In this document: positions 63,999 to 64,000 of the stretch, piece after piece
Position numbering within the stretch: the first letter of the stretch is position 1
Layout: the number at the start of each line of letters is the position of its first letter
Source: Zygnema circumcarinatum SAG 698-1b
Taxonomy: Eukaryota; Plantae; Zygnematophyceae
Direction of reading: 5' to 3'
Length of the DNA: 64,000 nucleotides
Assembly (NCBI GenBank): GCA_037447605.1
Contig: CM074805.1
Span: forward strand, 682,001 to 746,000
The notes under the pieces: generated by a model
What the model was told of the DNA's origin: nothing
What the model saw: only the letters and a program-made list of their open reading frames with translations
Databases searched by the model: none
Program-made: the position numbers and the translations under genes

Positions 63999-64000
63999 AC

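Noticed and set aside
1-64000. CRISPR arrays, rRNA, tRNA, autonomous transposase or reverse transcriptase genes
   Set aside because: None recognised by eye. The repeat arrays lack unique regular spacers, and no DDE, RT or Rep/helicase motifs were found.

Overview
Gene-dense, intron-rich nuclear DNA from a green plant. Gene content points to a streptophyte alga or an early-diverging land plant, but the species cannot be fixed from the sequence. Recognisable loci, in order: FAP3, ABC1K7, a GT8+GT64 glycosyltransferase, a plastid Rossmann-fold protein, an Aha1 N-domain protein, uridine nucleosidase NSH1/URH1, violaxanthin de-epoxidase, a triple-CCCH protein, DNAJC11/OWL1, DSS1 and a GT47 MUR3/XLT2-like enzyme. 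Two spliced microproteins (51 and 53 aa) are absent from the ORF track. There are two accessory zones. The first (about 1.5-6.7 kb) holds an intact 8-exon Ulp1/C48 protease gene capped by a dense array of AACCATTG/CAATGGTT motifs, next to an orphan 3' fragment of beta-amylase. The second (20.1-21.3 kb and 26.1-28.6 kb) holds two direct copies of an unclassified repeat that bracket the GT8-GT64 gene; the second copy carries a four-layer nest of non-autonomous DNA transposons that can be reconstructed base by base. The top candidate for novel biology is the apparent GT8-GT64 fusion, whose two families catalyse consecutive steps of GIPC sphingolipid glycosylation in flowering plants. All gene models were spliced by hand, and no database search was run.
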